The notes under the pieces were generated by a model, which saw only the letters and a list, made by a program, of their open reading frames with translations, was not told the DNA's origin and did no database searches. Positions 17,959 to 28,406 of a stretch of DNA of 64,000 nt are shown piece after piece. The stretch comes from a virus (taxonomy: Duplodnaviria; Heunggongvirae; Uroviricota; Caudoviricetes): the IMG/VR virus record IMGVR_UViG_3300039208_000529, positions 112,443 through 176,442 of that record, one strand, 5' to 3'. Made by a program: the position numbers and the translations under genes. Each line of letters starts with the position of its first letter. Position 1 is the stretch's first letter.

Positions 17959-19200
17959 CTAATTAGCAACTTTGCCGTCTTCTATATAAACCCCAACTTT
18001 ATCCTTGCTATTTCTTGAGGCATATTCAACCCATATCTGAAAGTCTTTATCTCGTGCCATTTCATCGATGATTTCTATACTTTTATCATCTAAAACGGAC
18101 CCATCTGTGATTCTTATTACCCTCAATTCTGGGTTGGATGCCATCGCAATCGCTAAGGATATTCTAAGTTTTCTTGCAGCTGAAGCTTGAGTGAAAGGAA
18201 CCCACTTTCCCTCTTCGTTCATTACCATGATGCCGTTCTCAGTAATCGTAAATCCTTTGACTGGTAGTGGACAATTTTCTAAAGCCTCAGCTTTATTAAT
18301 ATCCAACAGCTCCATTTCATCGTTAAGGTCTTCAATTTCTTGATTAACATCTTTCAATTGCTTTTGCAGCTTTTTATACTCTTGGACTTCTCTAGCTCTT
18401 TTGTTTGCTTTTTCTAAACCTGCAAGCTGTGTCTTTAGTGGTTCTGGATCAATTTGGCGAAGCTTTGATAACGCTATTCTTTCTCGTTGAGCAGCGTTTC
18501 TAGCTTCTTCAAGCTCTCTTTGTAGTCGATCAATTGTTTCTTGCAATAGCTTCAAGTTTTCAGTACGACGGTCAAATTCTGTATTCTCACTTAGAGTTGT
18601 TCTCAACTTCTCTGCTACATATACCGCAGATAGCTCTTCTTGTGGATCTTGTTGTGTTGGAGGAGCAATGTTGCGTAAACTGTTTTCTATTCTTATTTTA
18701 TCTTTTTTAATTTGAGTACGTTTATCATACGCAACTTTTCTCTTACGATCATATTCCGCTAGATCTGTCTGCCCATTGCTTATATTAAAAACAACATCGG
18801 CTAAAGTGTCACGTTGATCTTGCTCTTTCATATTCGCAAATTCCCAAGGATCAAATGACAAATCTCCAATCAGTCCATCTAATAGCTTTTGTGGAGATGG
18901 GACGATGTTTCCATCTGGAGTAGTAATTTTTAACGTAGTAGAGCCATTAGCTTTAATACATCTAGTTACGATATAATCTCCTAGATCTAGAATCGTAACT
19001 GCCTCAGCTTCTCCAGCTCGAACAGGCTCTGGATTACTTTTCTTTCCAGCCTTATATTGTAACGTTGTCCAAATGGCATCTAAGATAGATGACTTACCGT
19101 TCTCATTTAATCCAGAAATAATCTGAACGTATCCATCTGGCGTGATGTCTACTACCTTAATTCTTTTAAAGTTCTCTGAATGAAATTGTATTATTTTCAT
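17959..19200 (-). CDS. SMC/Rad50-like ABC ATPase with a central coiled coil
   Basis: N-terminal Walker A GLNENGKSS, long coiled coil, C-terminal Walker B/D-loop-like RVIRITDGSVLDD. Confidence 0.6.
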   Translation of the reverse strand: MKIIQFHSENFKRIKVVDITPDGYVQIISGLNENGKSSILDAIWTTLQYKAGKKSNPEPVRAGEAEAVTILDLGDYIVTRCIKANGSTTLKITTPDGNIVPSPQKLLDGLIGDLSFDPWEFANMKEQDQRDTLADVVFNISNGQTDLAEYDRKRKVAYDKRTQIKKDKIRIENSLRNIAPPTQQDPQEELSAVYVAEKLRTTLSENTEFDRRTENLKLLQETIDRLQRELEEARNAAQRERIALSKLRQIDPEPLKTQLAGLEKANKRAREVQEYKKLQKQLKDVNQEIEDLNDEMELLDINKAEALENCPLPVKGFTITENGIMVMNEEGKWVPFTQASAARKLRISLAIAMASNPELRVIRITDGSVLDDKSIEIIDEMARDKDFQIWVEYASRNSKDKVGVYIEDGKVAN

Positions 19201-19827
19201 TTATCTGTTAAATCGATATGTTATGTCTTCTCCAATTTCGGGGACGCCTCCAGACTCCAACATTTCCTGCCATAAGACGTGATCGTGGTTATCACATTCC
19301 TGCCAATAATTTGTTAGCTCAAATATTTCACGGGTATGTGCCATCCCGACGGTTAGTGGATCAGTATAATTTACTTGACCGAGCTTGATTCTTTTTTCTT
19401 TTGATCTGGGGCTCTTACGTTTTAATCTCATCTCCTGGCCGGCGGATCTAAACATATTCGCCTTGTCGTTTAGTCTGCCATATCTCTCGATGGTAGTCAA
19501 GTGGTTTGGCAACCATATGTCATCATCGTCAATGTAAGCAATGACTGGATTGGCAGTTTCTTGTCCACTTTTCAGTATCATAAGGTTTCTAGCCATTGCC
19601 CCTTTAAATCCGAATGACTTTTTATCTTTCTTCTTTTGAACTCCAATAAAAGTAATTCGCCTGTCTTTATAAACATCGATTATATCTGGGACCTCTTCGG
19701 GTTTGAACATGAACCCATCCATACCAATCCACAAATGCCATTCAGTATGTGTTTGTGCTATGACAGATTCTATTGCTGCCCCTAGCGATGGTCTCAAGAC
19801 TGTTGGAAGAATAATATCAAAACGCAT
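19201..19827 (-). CDS. glycosyltransferase family 2-like
   Basis: IILPT N-terminus and IAYIDDDDIWLPNHL DxD motif. Confidence 0.55.
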   Translation of the reverse strand: MRFDIILPTVLRPSLGAAIESVIAQTHTEWHLWIGMDGFMFKPEEVPDIIDVYKDRRITFIGVQKKKDKKSFGFKGAMARNLMILKSGQETANPVIAYIDDDDIWLPNHLTTIERYGRLNDKANMFRSAGQEMRLKRKSPRSKEKRIKLGQVNYTDPLTVGMAHTREIFELTNYWQECDNHDHVLWQEMLESGGVPEIGEDITYRFNR

Positions 19828-20324
19828 TATTTCAAAGATCTCCAGATAAATCTATCAACAGAAATTCGGTATGCAGGCTTCCAGCCAAACCCTGGCCACT
19901 TAACAACCTTGCAATCACCAATAATTTCTTTTAACGTATCGGCAGTCAAGATAGTAAATTGAGGAACGTCTTCATCTGCTCCATTAACCATTAGGATGCT
20001 AGCACCTTGTTCCGCATACGATTTAACTTGTCTAACCTTTAAATGGAATTGTTTTGTTAGCAGAGGTTTGGAGAATTTGACTTCAAGCTTGCCAAACCCC
20101 TCAACATCAAAGTCAGCTTCAGTTGATACCTCATTGTCTTTAAGATAATCACCGTTCTTTCCACAGCCAGTATCTTTATAAGACAATTTGTTGCCAGTTT
20201 CTTGTTCCACACAGTCAAGCCATCGCAAAAACAAAGACCTTTCTATTTCAGTTCTTTCTTTTATATCTTTCTTAAACTCTTCTTCTGATCGCTGATCGAA
20301 CCTATAGCTCTTCTTCTTCGTCAT
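19827..20324 (-). CDS. hypothetical protein
   Basis: 165-aa ORF. Confidence 0.5.
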   Translation of the reverse strand: MTKKKSYRFDQRSEEEFKKDIKERTEIERSLFLRWLDCVEQETGNKLSYKDTGCGKNGDYLKDNEVSTEADFDVEGFGKLEVKFSKPLLTKQFHLKVRQVKSYAEQGASILMVNGADEDVPQFTILTADTLKEIIGDCKVVKWPGFGWKPAYRISVDRFIWRSLK

Positions 20325-20559
20325 AATTAAACATTGCTTTCAAAAGATCGTGGTTATTTTTATACCAATCTTGAGCGGCTTCATCTCCATTGGAATGATA
20401 TGCAGCTATTACGTTGGCATCAGTCGGTGGAACGTCAGACATGATAGTAAAGCTGTCTATGATTTTATAGTCTCCATCCCATAAATTTCCTTCAATGGGA
20501 CAAAAGCAGAATATATTTCCTTGCGATTTCTCTGCAAGGATAATCCAGTTGTTCCACAT
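20302..20559 (-). CDS. hypothetical protein
   Basis: TAATG overlap with the upstream gene. Confidence 0.45.
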   Translation of the reverse strand: MWNNWIILAEKSQGNIFCFCPIEGNLWDGDYKIIDSFTIMSDVPPTDANVIAAYHSNGDEAAQDWYKNNHDLLKAMFNYDEEEEL

Positions 20560-20762
20560 TACAGTCTAACGTGTCGTTTTTGACGACGTTCTTCATATTG
20601 CATTGCTTCTTGTCGCGAGAATGCTCCATTAAATCTTGGATTAATCCATTTCCAGCGGCTCTTAGAACGAACTTGTTTATTAACAAAGCGGTAAATAACG
20701 TCGTAAACCGCGATCCATCCATTCTGTTGAAGATATCTTCTCTCTCTGTCTCTTTTTCTCAT
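20559..20762 (-). CDS. small basic protein
   Basis: 67 aa, Arg and Lys rich. Confidence 0.4.
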   Translation of the reverse strand: MRKRDRERRYLQQNGWIAVYDVIYRFVNKQVRSKSRWKWINPRFNGAFSRQEAMQYEERRQKRHVRL

Positions 20763-21358
20763 TTCTTAATTCTCTCGACAAATTCTGGTAGTGTTAATAC
20801 TTTTCTAAATTTGTGTAAAATTCTAAAAGTAGCGATAGAATCGAACAATGCGGCATGGTATCCACCACTAACATCTTTCATGTCAATTCCTATCGTTTTT
20901 ATAGTTTGACTAAGTGACGCACCCTGTTTCATGCCTTCTACTCCAGAAAACAGACGGATAATAGGCATGCTATCTAGGATTCTATATGTTAGGTTATCTG
21001 TTAACTGTCTGGGAGTTATTTTAAACAGCTGATGTGCAATAAATGGAACATCAAACAGAGGAGCATTGTGTCCAGCTAGCAACGAACAACCGTGTTCGTG
21101 ATACATATCCATGAATTTGTTTTGCATTTCTTCTCTGGAAATACCTTTAGACATACAATCTTCTGCTGTTATTCCATGTACCTCGAACGAACTTGGCGTA
21201 ATATTGTAGTCTTCTATTTTATCAAGTTTTAAGTATCCCTCAAATTGTTCTATAACTTGTCCGGTATCTAAGTCTCCTACAACGATACCAACAGATAATA
21301 ACGAGTTAACTTCTGGATCGAAACCCCCGGTTTCGGTATCAAATACCATTACCCTCAT
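20759..21358 (-). CDS. DEDD 3'-5' exonuclease (DnaQ/epsilon-like)
   Basis: Exo I FDTETGG, Exo II GHNAPLFD, Exo III YHAALFD. Confidence 0.85.
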   Translation of the reverse strand: MRVMVFDTETGGFDPEVNSLLSVGIVVGDLDTGQVIEQFEGYLKLDKIEDYNITPSSFEVHGITAEDCMSKGISREEMQNKFMDMYHEHGCSLLAGHNAPLFDVPFIAHQLFKITPRQLTDNLTYRILDSMPIIRLFSGVEGMKQGASLSQTIKTIGIDMKDVSGGYHAALFDSIATFRILHKFRKVLTLPEFVERIKK

Positions 21359-21789
21359 GTGTTTACTAACTCCCCAAGTTTAATCTTTGAGACAAATGCT
21401 TCGATCTTTGTCCAAGCATCATCAGCGGTTAAAATTGATCTCACTTCAATACCACCATACTCACTAACAACAGAGAATGTCTCATCTTGTTCGTAAGGAT
21501 CTGGCTTGAACATTTGCCGAAGACGATACATAAGCCGTCTGGAACCTACTCCCGGAGGAATATCATCTATTGTCGTGACATAACGAACTCTGTTGTTACC
21601 CTGAATGGCACTGACAATACGTTGACAAATAATTCTTCTTGCCAATCTTACATTAAACATGTCCATTGGATTTCGGAAACACGCAGCAACGAAAGCCCTT
21701 CTTTCATGAATATAAATTCCCACAGAAATTCCGGTCTCTTTCCTATGGGAGAAAGTAGTCCCTTTAATTACGCTGTCCAGTAGAGTCAT
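21355..21789 (-). CDS. hypothetical protein
   Basis: Start taken at the internal Met (MTLLDS...). Confidence 0.45.
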   Translation of the reverse strand: MTLLDSVIKGTTFSHRKETGISVGIYIHERRAFVAACFRNPMDMFNVRLARRIICQRIVSAIQGNNRVRYVTTIDDIPPGVGSRRLMYRLRQMFKPDPYEQDETFSVVSEYGGIEVRSILTADDAWTKIEAFVSKIKLGELVNT

Positions 21790-21947
21790 TGTTATTTTCC
21801 TTTGGTGGTTGCACAAGATTAATTTGATTTAGTTTAAAATACATTTCTATAACTTTGTGCGATGGAAGAGATGCGGTTGATGTAGCCAATGCTGACATCA
21901 GCAATCTTGCTTCATCGCCACTGAGCGACACATTGTTTTCTGACATT

Positions 21948-22679
21948 CTATATTCCTTCGTAATTTATAACCGCCCTTAGGAAGATTTCCAAATCATCTA
22001 AAGAACCATTATTTATATAACTATGTTTGAAGCTAAAGCCATCTAATGCTGTTTCGCTTTCATGAGAGTCATCTAATCTGGTGTCTCGTTCCAGTCTGAT
22101 TATGACGCCTCCCCGTGACTCTGTAACGTCTTTTTCGTTTGGAAACCTACAGTCTGTGATAATCACTACGTCTGCATCCCATTTTTTGTTAAATGGAGAT
22201 TTTGCCCAAATATCCCAGTCAATCATTTGGCGGAAAATATCTGTTCCAATTACTTGTAATACCTCTCTGATGGTCATTGGACCAGAACGCATCTTAGGAA
22301 GCTCATTGTTACAAATCGAATCCATATAGGTTGAGTTACTATATTTCAGCCTGATTTCCTCGGGAAAGTTGTCCCAAATAACATGCGTTAGAGTTTCTTT
22401 ATCTTCGTTGTTGCCATAAATGAGATTCTCATCTAAGCCGATGATATCAATGCACATTCTCTTTAGAGGTTCTGCAAAAGCAGTTAATTCAGCTACAAGC
22501 CCACGTTCCAGCAAGATATTCTTTATCATATTTCCAGACGTATCTTTACCTGTCTGCTTCTTGCCAGAAAGCACTATAAAAACAGTACCGGGGGGTGTTA
22601 TACCTTGGCTTTTTCTAATATGTATTTCGTCGATAGTATTCATATCGTCGTTGATATTCTTTTGTACTTCTTTCACCAT
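21948..22679 (-). CDS. deoxynucleoside monophosphate kinase (T4 gp1-like)
   Basis: P-loop VFIVLSGKKQTGKDT resembling T4 dNMP kinase. Confidence 0.6.
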   Translation of the reverse strand: MVKEVQKNINDDMNTIDEIHIRKSQGITPPGTVFIVLSGKKQTGKDTSGNMIKNILLERGLVAELTAFAEPLKRMCIDIIGLDENLIYGNNEDKETLTHVIWDNFPEEIRLKYSNSTYMDSICNNELPKMRSGPMTIREVLQVIGTDIFRQMIDWDIWAKSPFNKKWDADVVIITDCRFPNEKDVTESRGGVIIRLERDTRLDDSHESETALDGFSFKHSYINNGSLDDLEIFLRAVINYEGI

Positions 22680-22724
22680 TGTAATTCCTAAAAAATTCTG
22701 GAAGTGTCCAAATATTACTTATAG

Positions 22725-23336
22725 TTATCTAGTCCCTCCACCCAGCTGAAAAAACTTGTCTAAAAAAGCCTTCATAATTTTGTCATTATCAATTTTCTCA
22801 ACAGAAAATGGGCTGCTGTAAGAATACATAGCATGATTTGCATTACTTAATTTAAGAATTCCATCTCTGAAATCCATTGAGTATTCAGTAACCCAGTCTG
22901 GAATACGATGAAGTAATGTTTTAGCTTCAAAGATTAGGCAAGCCTTATCAGCTTCTTTCACAATATCGCTGTTAAATATGCCAAACGGCAACTTATATCT
23001 TGCCTCAATTGCTCCCTGAATCCCATCTTCGAGAACAGATATTTCTTTAAGGAATCTTTTGATAGGAGTAGGCACGTCGGCGAAATACGCTTCGCTGGCA
23101 TCATGAAGTAGCCCCGCCAATTGTTCCTCTTCCGTTCCCCCGGCATCCCTGATACGTTGAGCTACCTGTAATGAATGAGCCCCTACAGAATAAGAGAATT
23201 TGCAATGATCGTTCCATCTGCCCTTACGAGACAAAGGCACTACAATATCTAAAATATCCACATGCTCCGCACGCGGAGCAAATGGATAAAATTTCTTACC
23301 TGTATAAGTTGTAATATAAGTTTCTTCTTTTTTCAT
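22725..23336 (-). CDS. HD-domain phosphohydrolase (YfbR-like 5'-deoxynucleotidase family)
   Basis: H...HD motifs (GAHSLQVAQRI, LLHDASEAY). Confidence 0.6.
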   Translation of the reverse strand: MKKEETYITTYTGKKFYPFAPRAEHVDILDIVVPLSRKGRWNDHCKFSYSVGAHSLQVAQRIRDAGGTEEEQLAGLLHDASEAYFADVPTPIKRFLKEISVLEDGIQGAIEARYKLPFGIFNSDIVKEADKACLIFEAKTLLHRIPDWVTEYSMDFRDGILKLSNANHAMYSYSSPFSVEKIDNDKIMKAFLDKFFQLGGGTR

Positions 23337-24397
23337 TTCAACTTTCTTGCTACAAGTTTCCAAACATTGTCTTCAATATCTTTGTTGTCTAAAAGGCTAT
23401 ACAACAATCCTGTTTGTTCTGGATCTGAATTGGCCTGAATCCATAATGCCTGGTCTTTGCGAGTCACGTTGGGTCCTCGCGGAATTTTCTTTGACAGGTC
23501 TTCTGCGTCATATTTTATCTCATAATAAATTTTCTGTACTTGAGCCCTAACATCATCGAAATTAGCTTGAAGGTCTTTAGGAAGCTCAGCTAATAGTCCA
23601 CGATACTCTTTGCCGCGAATTAGATCGATAACTCCCTTAGGAGACAGATGTCCTAAGAGTTTATGAATTCTAAGATACCTAGGATCCTTAATCTTGACTC
23701 TTTGATTGTCCTCATCGAAGTGAACGACAAAACCTTCAAGCAAATCACTTTCAAATGGAGGCTCGCCCGAACAAAGCTCTTCGAATGAAAAAGAATATCT
23801 CTTTGGGCGTTTGAATCCTGCCGCCTCAGCAATCTTAGTAACTCTGTTTGCGTGCCACTCTTTGCCGCCTAGTTCGCGGATAGCGAGCAACGAGAGAAAT
23901 TCCTCACCCTCATAATCGACCACTACCCTGTTTTCAGGATAAACGATCTCAAAGATGGGAGTAACGTCTGTGGGAAGAGCGGCCAAAGCACTTCCATACA
24001 AGCGATACAGCATTTCAGATCCATACTGTGCTTGCTCGGACGCTAGGCTGCCTGGAGTAGCTAATCGCCAACGTCCGTTATAGTGATATCCAATGCCGCA
24101 TGACCCATCTACTTTTTCATAGATGTGAAAACTGCTACTCCAGGGCAAGTTTTCTGGTTGCGTTTTGCTTGTTTCGTAGAGATTGAAGAATTTACTGAAA
24201 GGTCGAGCCATAATGTTTGCGTTCTTATCGAAGATAATTCCCCGACATTCGATATTAACATCGTTCCACTCTGTCTTATTTTCAGCCATCATGGTTGGAT
24301 GATATTTGAAAAGAGTAAGATCACCTTCCGAGCTAGGCATAACCCGACCGGCCTCAACCTCTTTCCAGATCTTATTTAGTAGAATGGGATCATTCAT
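23333..24397 (-). CDS. ATP-dependent RNA ligase (Rnl1-like nucleotidyltransferase)
   Basis: Motif I FHIYEKVDGSCG (KxDG). Size and layout resemble T4 RnlA. Confidence 0.6.
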   Translation of the reverse strand: MNDPILLNKIWKEVEAGRVMPSSEGDLTLFKYHPTMMAENKTEWNDVNIECRGIIFDKNANIMARPFSKFFNLYETSKTQPENLPWSSSFHIYEKVDGSCGIGYHYNGRWRLATPGSLASEQAQYGSEMLYRLYGSALAALPTDVTPIFEIVYPENRVVVDYEGEEFLSLLAIRELGGKEWHANRVTKIAEAAGFKRPKRYSFSFEELCSGEPPFESDLLEGFVVHFDEDNQRVKIKDPRYLRIHKLLGHLSPKGVIDLIRGKEYRGLLAELPKDLQANFDDVRAQVQKIYYEIKYDAEDLSKKIPRGPNVTRKDQALWIQANSDPEQTGLLYSLLDNKDIEDNVWKLVARKLK

Positions 24398-24635
24398 TGT
24401 TAGAGCCAGATCTATATCCTGTAAATGATTGTCCGTTATGACAAAGTTCGTCAGTATTGCCCAACGTGTCTACATAGAAAACACGAACATCTTTGTTTAT
24501 TAATTGTTTAGTTACCAAATCTTTGATAACATCTTCGGCGGCATTCGTAACTGAAGAACACATCTTATTTTCTGATGTATCTTGAATTAGAATTCTGTTT
24601 TCGTCTCTACTAAGAACTCTATATGAAAACTTCAT
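24390..24635 (-). CDS. hypothetical protein
   Basis: 81-aa ORF. Confidence 0.45.
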   Translation of the reverse strand: MKFSYRVLSRDENRILIQDTSENKMCSSVTNAAEDVIKDLVTKQLINKDVRVFYVDTLGNTDELCHNGQSFTGYRSGSNNE

Positions 24636-24859
24636 AGCCGTAACATCTTTTTAACATCTTCGATTCTACGAAAGACATCCTGTGTTTGTTGAGTTTTTTC
24701 CAGGGTGTAAATCATATTACCGATGTATTTACGAATAACATCAGGACCATGTTCGTCAATGATTTCCCAAGACTCCTCTTTATAGCGAGCCTCTTTTTTT
24801 TCTTCAAGGTCGTCAGCCCAAGCCTTTTTACCGTCGCCCATTATTACTACGCTCTTCAA
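24632..24859 (-). CDS. hypothetical protein
   Basis: 75-aa ORF. Confidence 0.45.
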   Translation of the reverse strand: MKSVVIMGDGKKAWADDLEEKKEARYKEESWEIIDEHGPDVIRKYIGNMIYTLEKTQQTQDVFRRIEDVKKMLRL

Positions 24860-25151
24860 CTAAATTGTTTAAGATTGTTCGAAGTCGTTTATTTTTCTTT
24901 CTAAGGTCATTGATGGTCTTGTTGTCACGACGGACTATAACTATCTTTTCGTGTCCTCTGTCGTCAAGAATAGCAACCAATTGATTGACCACTCGTTTTG
25001 CAGCACTACCCGTCCATTGTTTTGTGATCGGGCCATGGTCGTTAATACAACACTTTAAAGCACCACTTACAATTTTTAGTAACTGATCGTTAGTAATCAT
25101 TTTGGGAGCATAAGCATAGTTAGCAGCATTAAAATTGTGGTAACTGGCCAA
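24828..25151 (-). CDS. hypothetical protein
   Basis: 107-aa ORF. Start uncertain. Confidence 0.45.
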   Translation of the reverse strand: MASYHNFNAANYAYAPKMITNDQLLKIVSGALKCCINDHGPITKQWTGSAAKRVVNQLVAILDDRGHEKIVIVRRDNKTINDLRKKNKRLRTILNNLVEERSNNGRR

Positions 25152-25245
25152 ATTAAAAATAATACAATAGATTTTTTACGGTTGTTGTGAAATTCTTCGA
25201 TGGCAAAAATATTACCAAATCCACCAAGAATGTATAATAAGATCA

Positions 25246-25815
25246 CTAACCATAACATGTCATTTCCTCAATATCTTCTATGGAAAGTAGTTTTTTGTTA
25301 GCGTCATATCCTACATCAATACGAAATGCATGATGATTCTTTGAGTATCTACTGTCTTCTATAGGAACTTTTGTCACTGAATACTTCGTATGAAGGTGTC
25401 CATGGAGATGAACTGAAGGTCGCTTGTGGTGCATTCTATTCCAAGAAAACAGAGGATAGTGACACATGACATACCTTTGATGATTATGCTTTAGCTCACA
25501 TAGTGGAGGTAGTACATCTTTAACAACGCCAGGTCCATATTGCTCAATGGCTTGAAGGAATTCTTTGTCGTGATTTCCAGGGACCACATACATACGTCCA
25601 TTCAGCCGTTGTAGAATCTCGTTTACTTCTTCTGGGCGTATTTTCATAGAGAAATCTCCCAGAAAGTATACTTCATCTCTTGGTCTCACTTGATCATTCC
25701 ACATCTTAATCAACCCTTCATTCATTTCCTCTACAGAAGAAAATGGACGATTGGAAAAGTCAATAATGTTCCCATGACCGAAGTGTAGATCTGAAGTAAA
25801 GAAGATGTTATTCAT
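25246..25815 (-). CDS. metallophosphoesterase (YfcE/MJ0936-like)
   Basis: SDLHFGH, GDF and GNHD motifs. Confidence 0.8.
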   Translation of the reverse strand: MNNIFFTSDLHFGHGNIIDFSNRPFSSVEEMNEGLIKMWNDQVRPRDEVYFLGDFSMKIRPEEVNEILQRLNGRMYVVPGNHDKEFLQAIEQYGPGVVKDVLPPLCELKHNHQRYVMCHYPLFSWNRMHHKRPSVHLHGHLHTKYSVTKVPIEDSRYSKNHHAFRIDVGYDANKKLLSIEDIEEMTCYG

Positions 25816-26167
25816 ATTTACGCTTTAATTCTTCTAATTGTTTAAGCTCTTTTTCTTTTTTCTTTTTAGTCAGCGTTGCTCGTCTCTTAGCAGCAGCTTT
25901 CTTTTTTTTGTCTTCTTGCTGTTTGCGTTTGGCAGCACGTTCTCTAGCAAATTTACGAGCTTCTTTTATCATATCAGAGACTTCATCTTTATCTAAGATT
26001 GGAATAAATCTTAGTTCTCCGTATTCATATTTTAGTTCTTCGATTTCGTCGTCGGTTAAATCGATAACATGCTCTGTTGGTACCCCGACACCCGAAATAT
26101 TATGATAGTAATCGTAACTATCATACTCAGTTTCAAAACCAACCGTTCTTAATACTAGATATTTCAT
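25808..26167 (-). CDS. hypothetical protein with a Lys-rich C-terminal tail
   Basis: 119-aa ORF with a poly-K/R tail. Confidence 0.5.
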   Translation of the reverse strand: MKYLVLRTVGFETEYDSYDYYHNISGVGVPTEHVIDLTDDEIEELKYEYGELRFIPILDKDEVSDMIKEARKFARERAAKRKQQEDKKKKAAAKRRATLTKKKKEKELKQLEELKRKYE

Positions 26168-26237
26168 TGGCCTCTAATCCTTACCGAACATAAAAAGAAA
26201 TTACTAAGAAAGAAGTTCTTTTCTGTAAAGCTATCAA

Positions 26238-26708
26238 TCATAGGAAACGAAAATAATGTATTTCAAGTAGTGTATCTAAGTCGTTGTAAAGAGGCAAGCC
26301 ATAGTGGTCGCACACTATTTCGACGTTACCTTTTCTCCAGTATCCATCAGGACATGAGACAACCAGGTCCCTATCTGCAAAAAGACCAAGCTCTAGTAAC
26401 GTAATTGGTGCTTTGGTTGATGGATCAAAATGCATGATGATAGAATCAGCCTTCGCTAAACCTTCAAGTTCCCATTCAACTTGCTGTTTAAACGGAGCAC
26501 AAGTGATTGATTGTTCCCAGTCTGGGTTCCATTCCTTCCGTCGGGGATTAAATATTGTTATATCGTCTCGACGCTGCTGCATTTTTGATATAACGTCTTG
26601 CTGCCATTGTGTTGCGGCTCCCATTTCAATAGATCCTGCCAAGAAGACCCATTCGTTATTTGAGTTATCCACTAACGGTTCAGGAGCAGTAATTACTTTA
26701 AACGTCAT
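26238..26708 (-). CDS. nucleoside 2-deoxyribosyltransferase/DNPH1-like protein
   Basis: VFLAGSI start and a Glu in the ELGLFA motif. Weak family resemblance only. Confidence 0.4.
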   Translation of the reverse strand: MTFKVITAPEPLVDNSNNEWVFLAGSIEMGAATQWQQDVISKMQQRRDDITIFNPRRKEWNPDWEQSITCAPFKQQVEWELEGLAKADSIIMHFDPSTKAPITLLELGLFADRDLVVSCPDGYWRKGNVEIVCDHYGLPLYNDLDTLLEIHYFRFL

Positions 26709-26710
26709 AC

Positions 26711-27985
26711 TTAAAATCCAGCCTGTTTTAGAACTTTAGCTCTTTCTTGTTCAATTTTCTGAGCGATAACCTTGCCATCTTTGAGATGTGCAAACTTGTA
26801 TCCCCTAACTCCTCGGATAATTTGAGCAGCTTTAATTACATTGTCTCGCGAAGGATAGGGCTTATCGATTAAATTTGGTCCACGTCCTTGAGCATCAGCC
26901 TGAGAAGCCAGAGCAATACGACGTAGTAACGTATCGTCTTGAATTGCGTTCAATCTCGTAAGAAGTCTTACTTTTTTAGTGGGCTTCAGGCCACTAAATC
27001 TGTGAATATTCAAGTGTTCTTTTGCGGTCATTGCTGCGGCCACCCGAAAACTATTCGGTGCTTTCAATCTATCACAAACTTTGTGCACCAGAGGAACCCC
27101 CAATGCTTCGTGATTATAGTGGTGTGGTAAATTGTAATCGTCTGTTACTGCCTTTCCAAGATCATGACACATTGCAGCAAACATAGTTTCAGGATCGCCA
27201 CCCAATTCTCTTGCTCTATCAATAACAAGCAGTGTGTGAACGTAGGCATCTCCCTCAGGATGATATTGCGGTGGCTGCACACGACCCTTCAGATTATCAA
27301 TTTCTGGAAATAGAATTGATAGGGCTTGTAGTTTATCTAAGGCTCGAAAGAATCGTGACGGCTTATTTGATGCGAGAGCCTTTGTTAGTTCCATCCATAC
27401 ACGTTCGCCAGACAAAGATTGAAGCTCGTTTAGAACCTTACTTGATTCGTGCACAAGGTTTTCGCCAATTGTCATTTCAAGTTGTGCGGCGAATCTAGCG
27501 GCTCTCATAACTCGCAAAGGGTCTTCGCCAAAGTGAGGTCCGACAGCAGTTAAAACACCATCCTCGATATCTTCTTTTCCATTAAAAGGATCGATAATTT
27601 CGTTGGTAAAGGGGTCCATTGCCATTGCGTTAACTGTTAGGTCGCGTCGGCCTAGATCATCCTTAAGAGTTACGTTATCGGCGGTCCACACGAAGCCTTT
27701 GTGCCCGGGACCGGCTTTCTTTTCTGTGCGTGCTAAAGCTATTTCTGTTTCATTGATAATAAAAACTGGGAACTTGTTTCCTACAACGCTGACTCCTGAT
27801 CCGGGGAATGCGTCAATGAGCTTTCGCCATGCGGACCTAAAATCTTCCGCCAATCCAACAACCACAATATCTACGTCGCTTGATTGTCTTCCCATTAGTA
27901 AATCCCGGACATATCCTCCAACCACATATGGTTGGCCACCAATATCCTTGATTTTGCGACAAAGCTCTAAGTGTTTTTCTAGCAT
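26711..27985 (-). CDS. cca: tRNA nucleotidyltransferase (CCA-adding enzyme) with an HD domain
   Basis: GGYVRDLLMG head motif, RRDLTVNAMA, C-terminal HD (HDLGK). Confidence 0.85.
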   Translation of the reverse strand: MLEKHLELCRKIKDIGGQPYVVGGYVRDLLMGRQSSDVDIVVVGLAEDFRSAWRKLIDAFPGSGVSVVGNKFPVFIINETEIALARTEKKAGPGHKGFVWTADNVTLKDDLGRRDLTVNAMAMDPFTNEIIDPFNGKEDIEDGVLTAVGPHFGEDPLRVMRAARFAAQLEMTIGENLVHESSKVLNELQSLSGERVWMELTKALASNKPSRFFRALDKLQALSILFPEIDNLKGRVQPPQYHPEGDAYVHTLLVIDRARELGGDPETMFAAMCHDLGKAVTDDYNLPHHYNHEALGVPLVHKVCDRLKAPNSFRVAAAMTAKEHLNIHRFSGLKPTKKVRLLTRLNAIQDDTLLRRIALASQADAQGRGPNLIDKPYPSRDNVIKAAQIIRGVRGYKFAHLKDGKVIAQKIEQERAKVLKQAGF

Positions 27986-28085
27986 ACCAGAGTATACTAC
28001 GTTACGCTATGCAGTCAAAACAATAATTAAGAATGTGGCACAGGCTACAAAAATTAGGGTACTGATGGTTCCGACAACCCAAACC

Positions 28086-28406
28086 CTAATTGATTTCTTC
28101 TTCATAGCGATTGCACTGTGTTATTACTGCAATATTTATCGTTGGAGGAATATCTGCTCTGCCAGGAGGAATGTAATGACAAATAGAACATACCTTAGTT
28201 GACCTAATCTCGTGTCGTTCTAGTTCTTCTCCACCACCTTGGGCTTCATCGAATACGTTTGATGGCAGATAATCAGGAGTATTGTTACCGCTGTTTCCAG
28301 GAAACCCTGTGTGTGAAAGATTTGCATGCTCTTCTTGTTTTAGACAAAGGCCATGCTTGCACGTCCAACAGAGACTTTTTTCGGGATCTAAATTGTCTTT
28401 ATTCAT
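28086..28406 (-). CDS. hypothetical Cys-containing protein
   Basis: 106-aa ORF. Confidence 0.45.
   Translation of the reverse strand: MNKDNLDPEKSLCWTCKHGLCLKQEEHANLSHTGFPGNSGNNTPDYLPSNVFDEAQGGGEELERHEIRSTKVCSICHYIPPGRADIPPTINIAVITQCNRYEEEIN

Noticed and set aside
28007-28105. 32-aa minus-strand ORF MKKKSIRVWVVGTISTLIFVACATFLIIVLTA
   Set aside because: It is an attractive single-TM peptide, but it overlaps the 3' end of 28086..28406 by 20 nt and lacks an RBS, so it is left uncalled.
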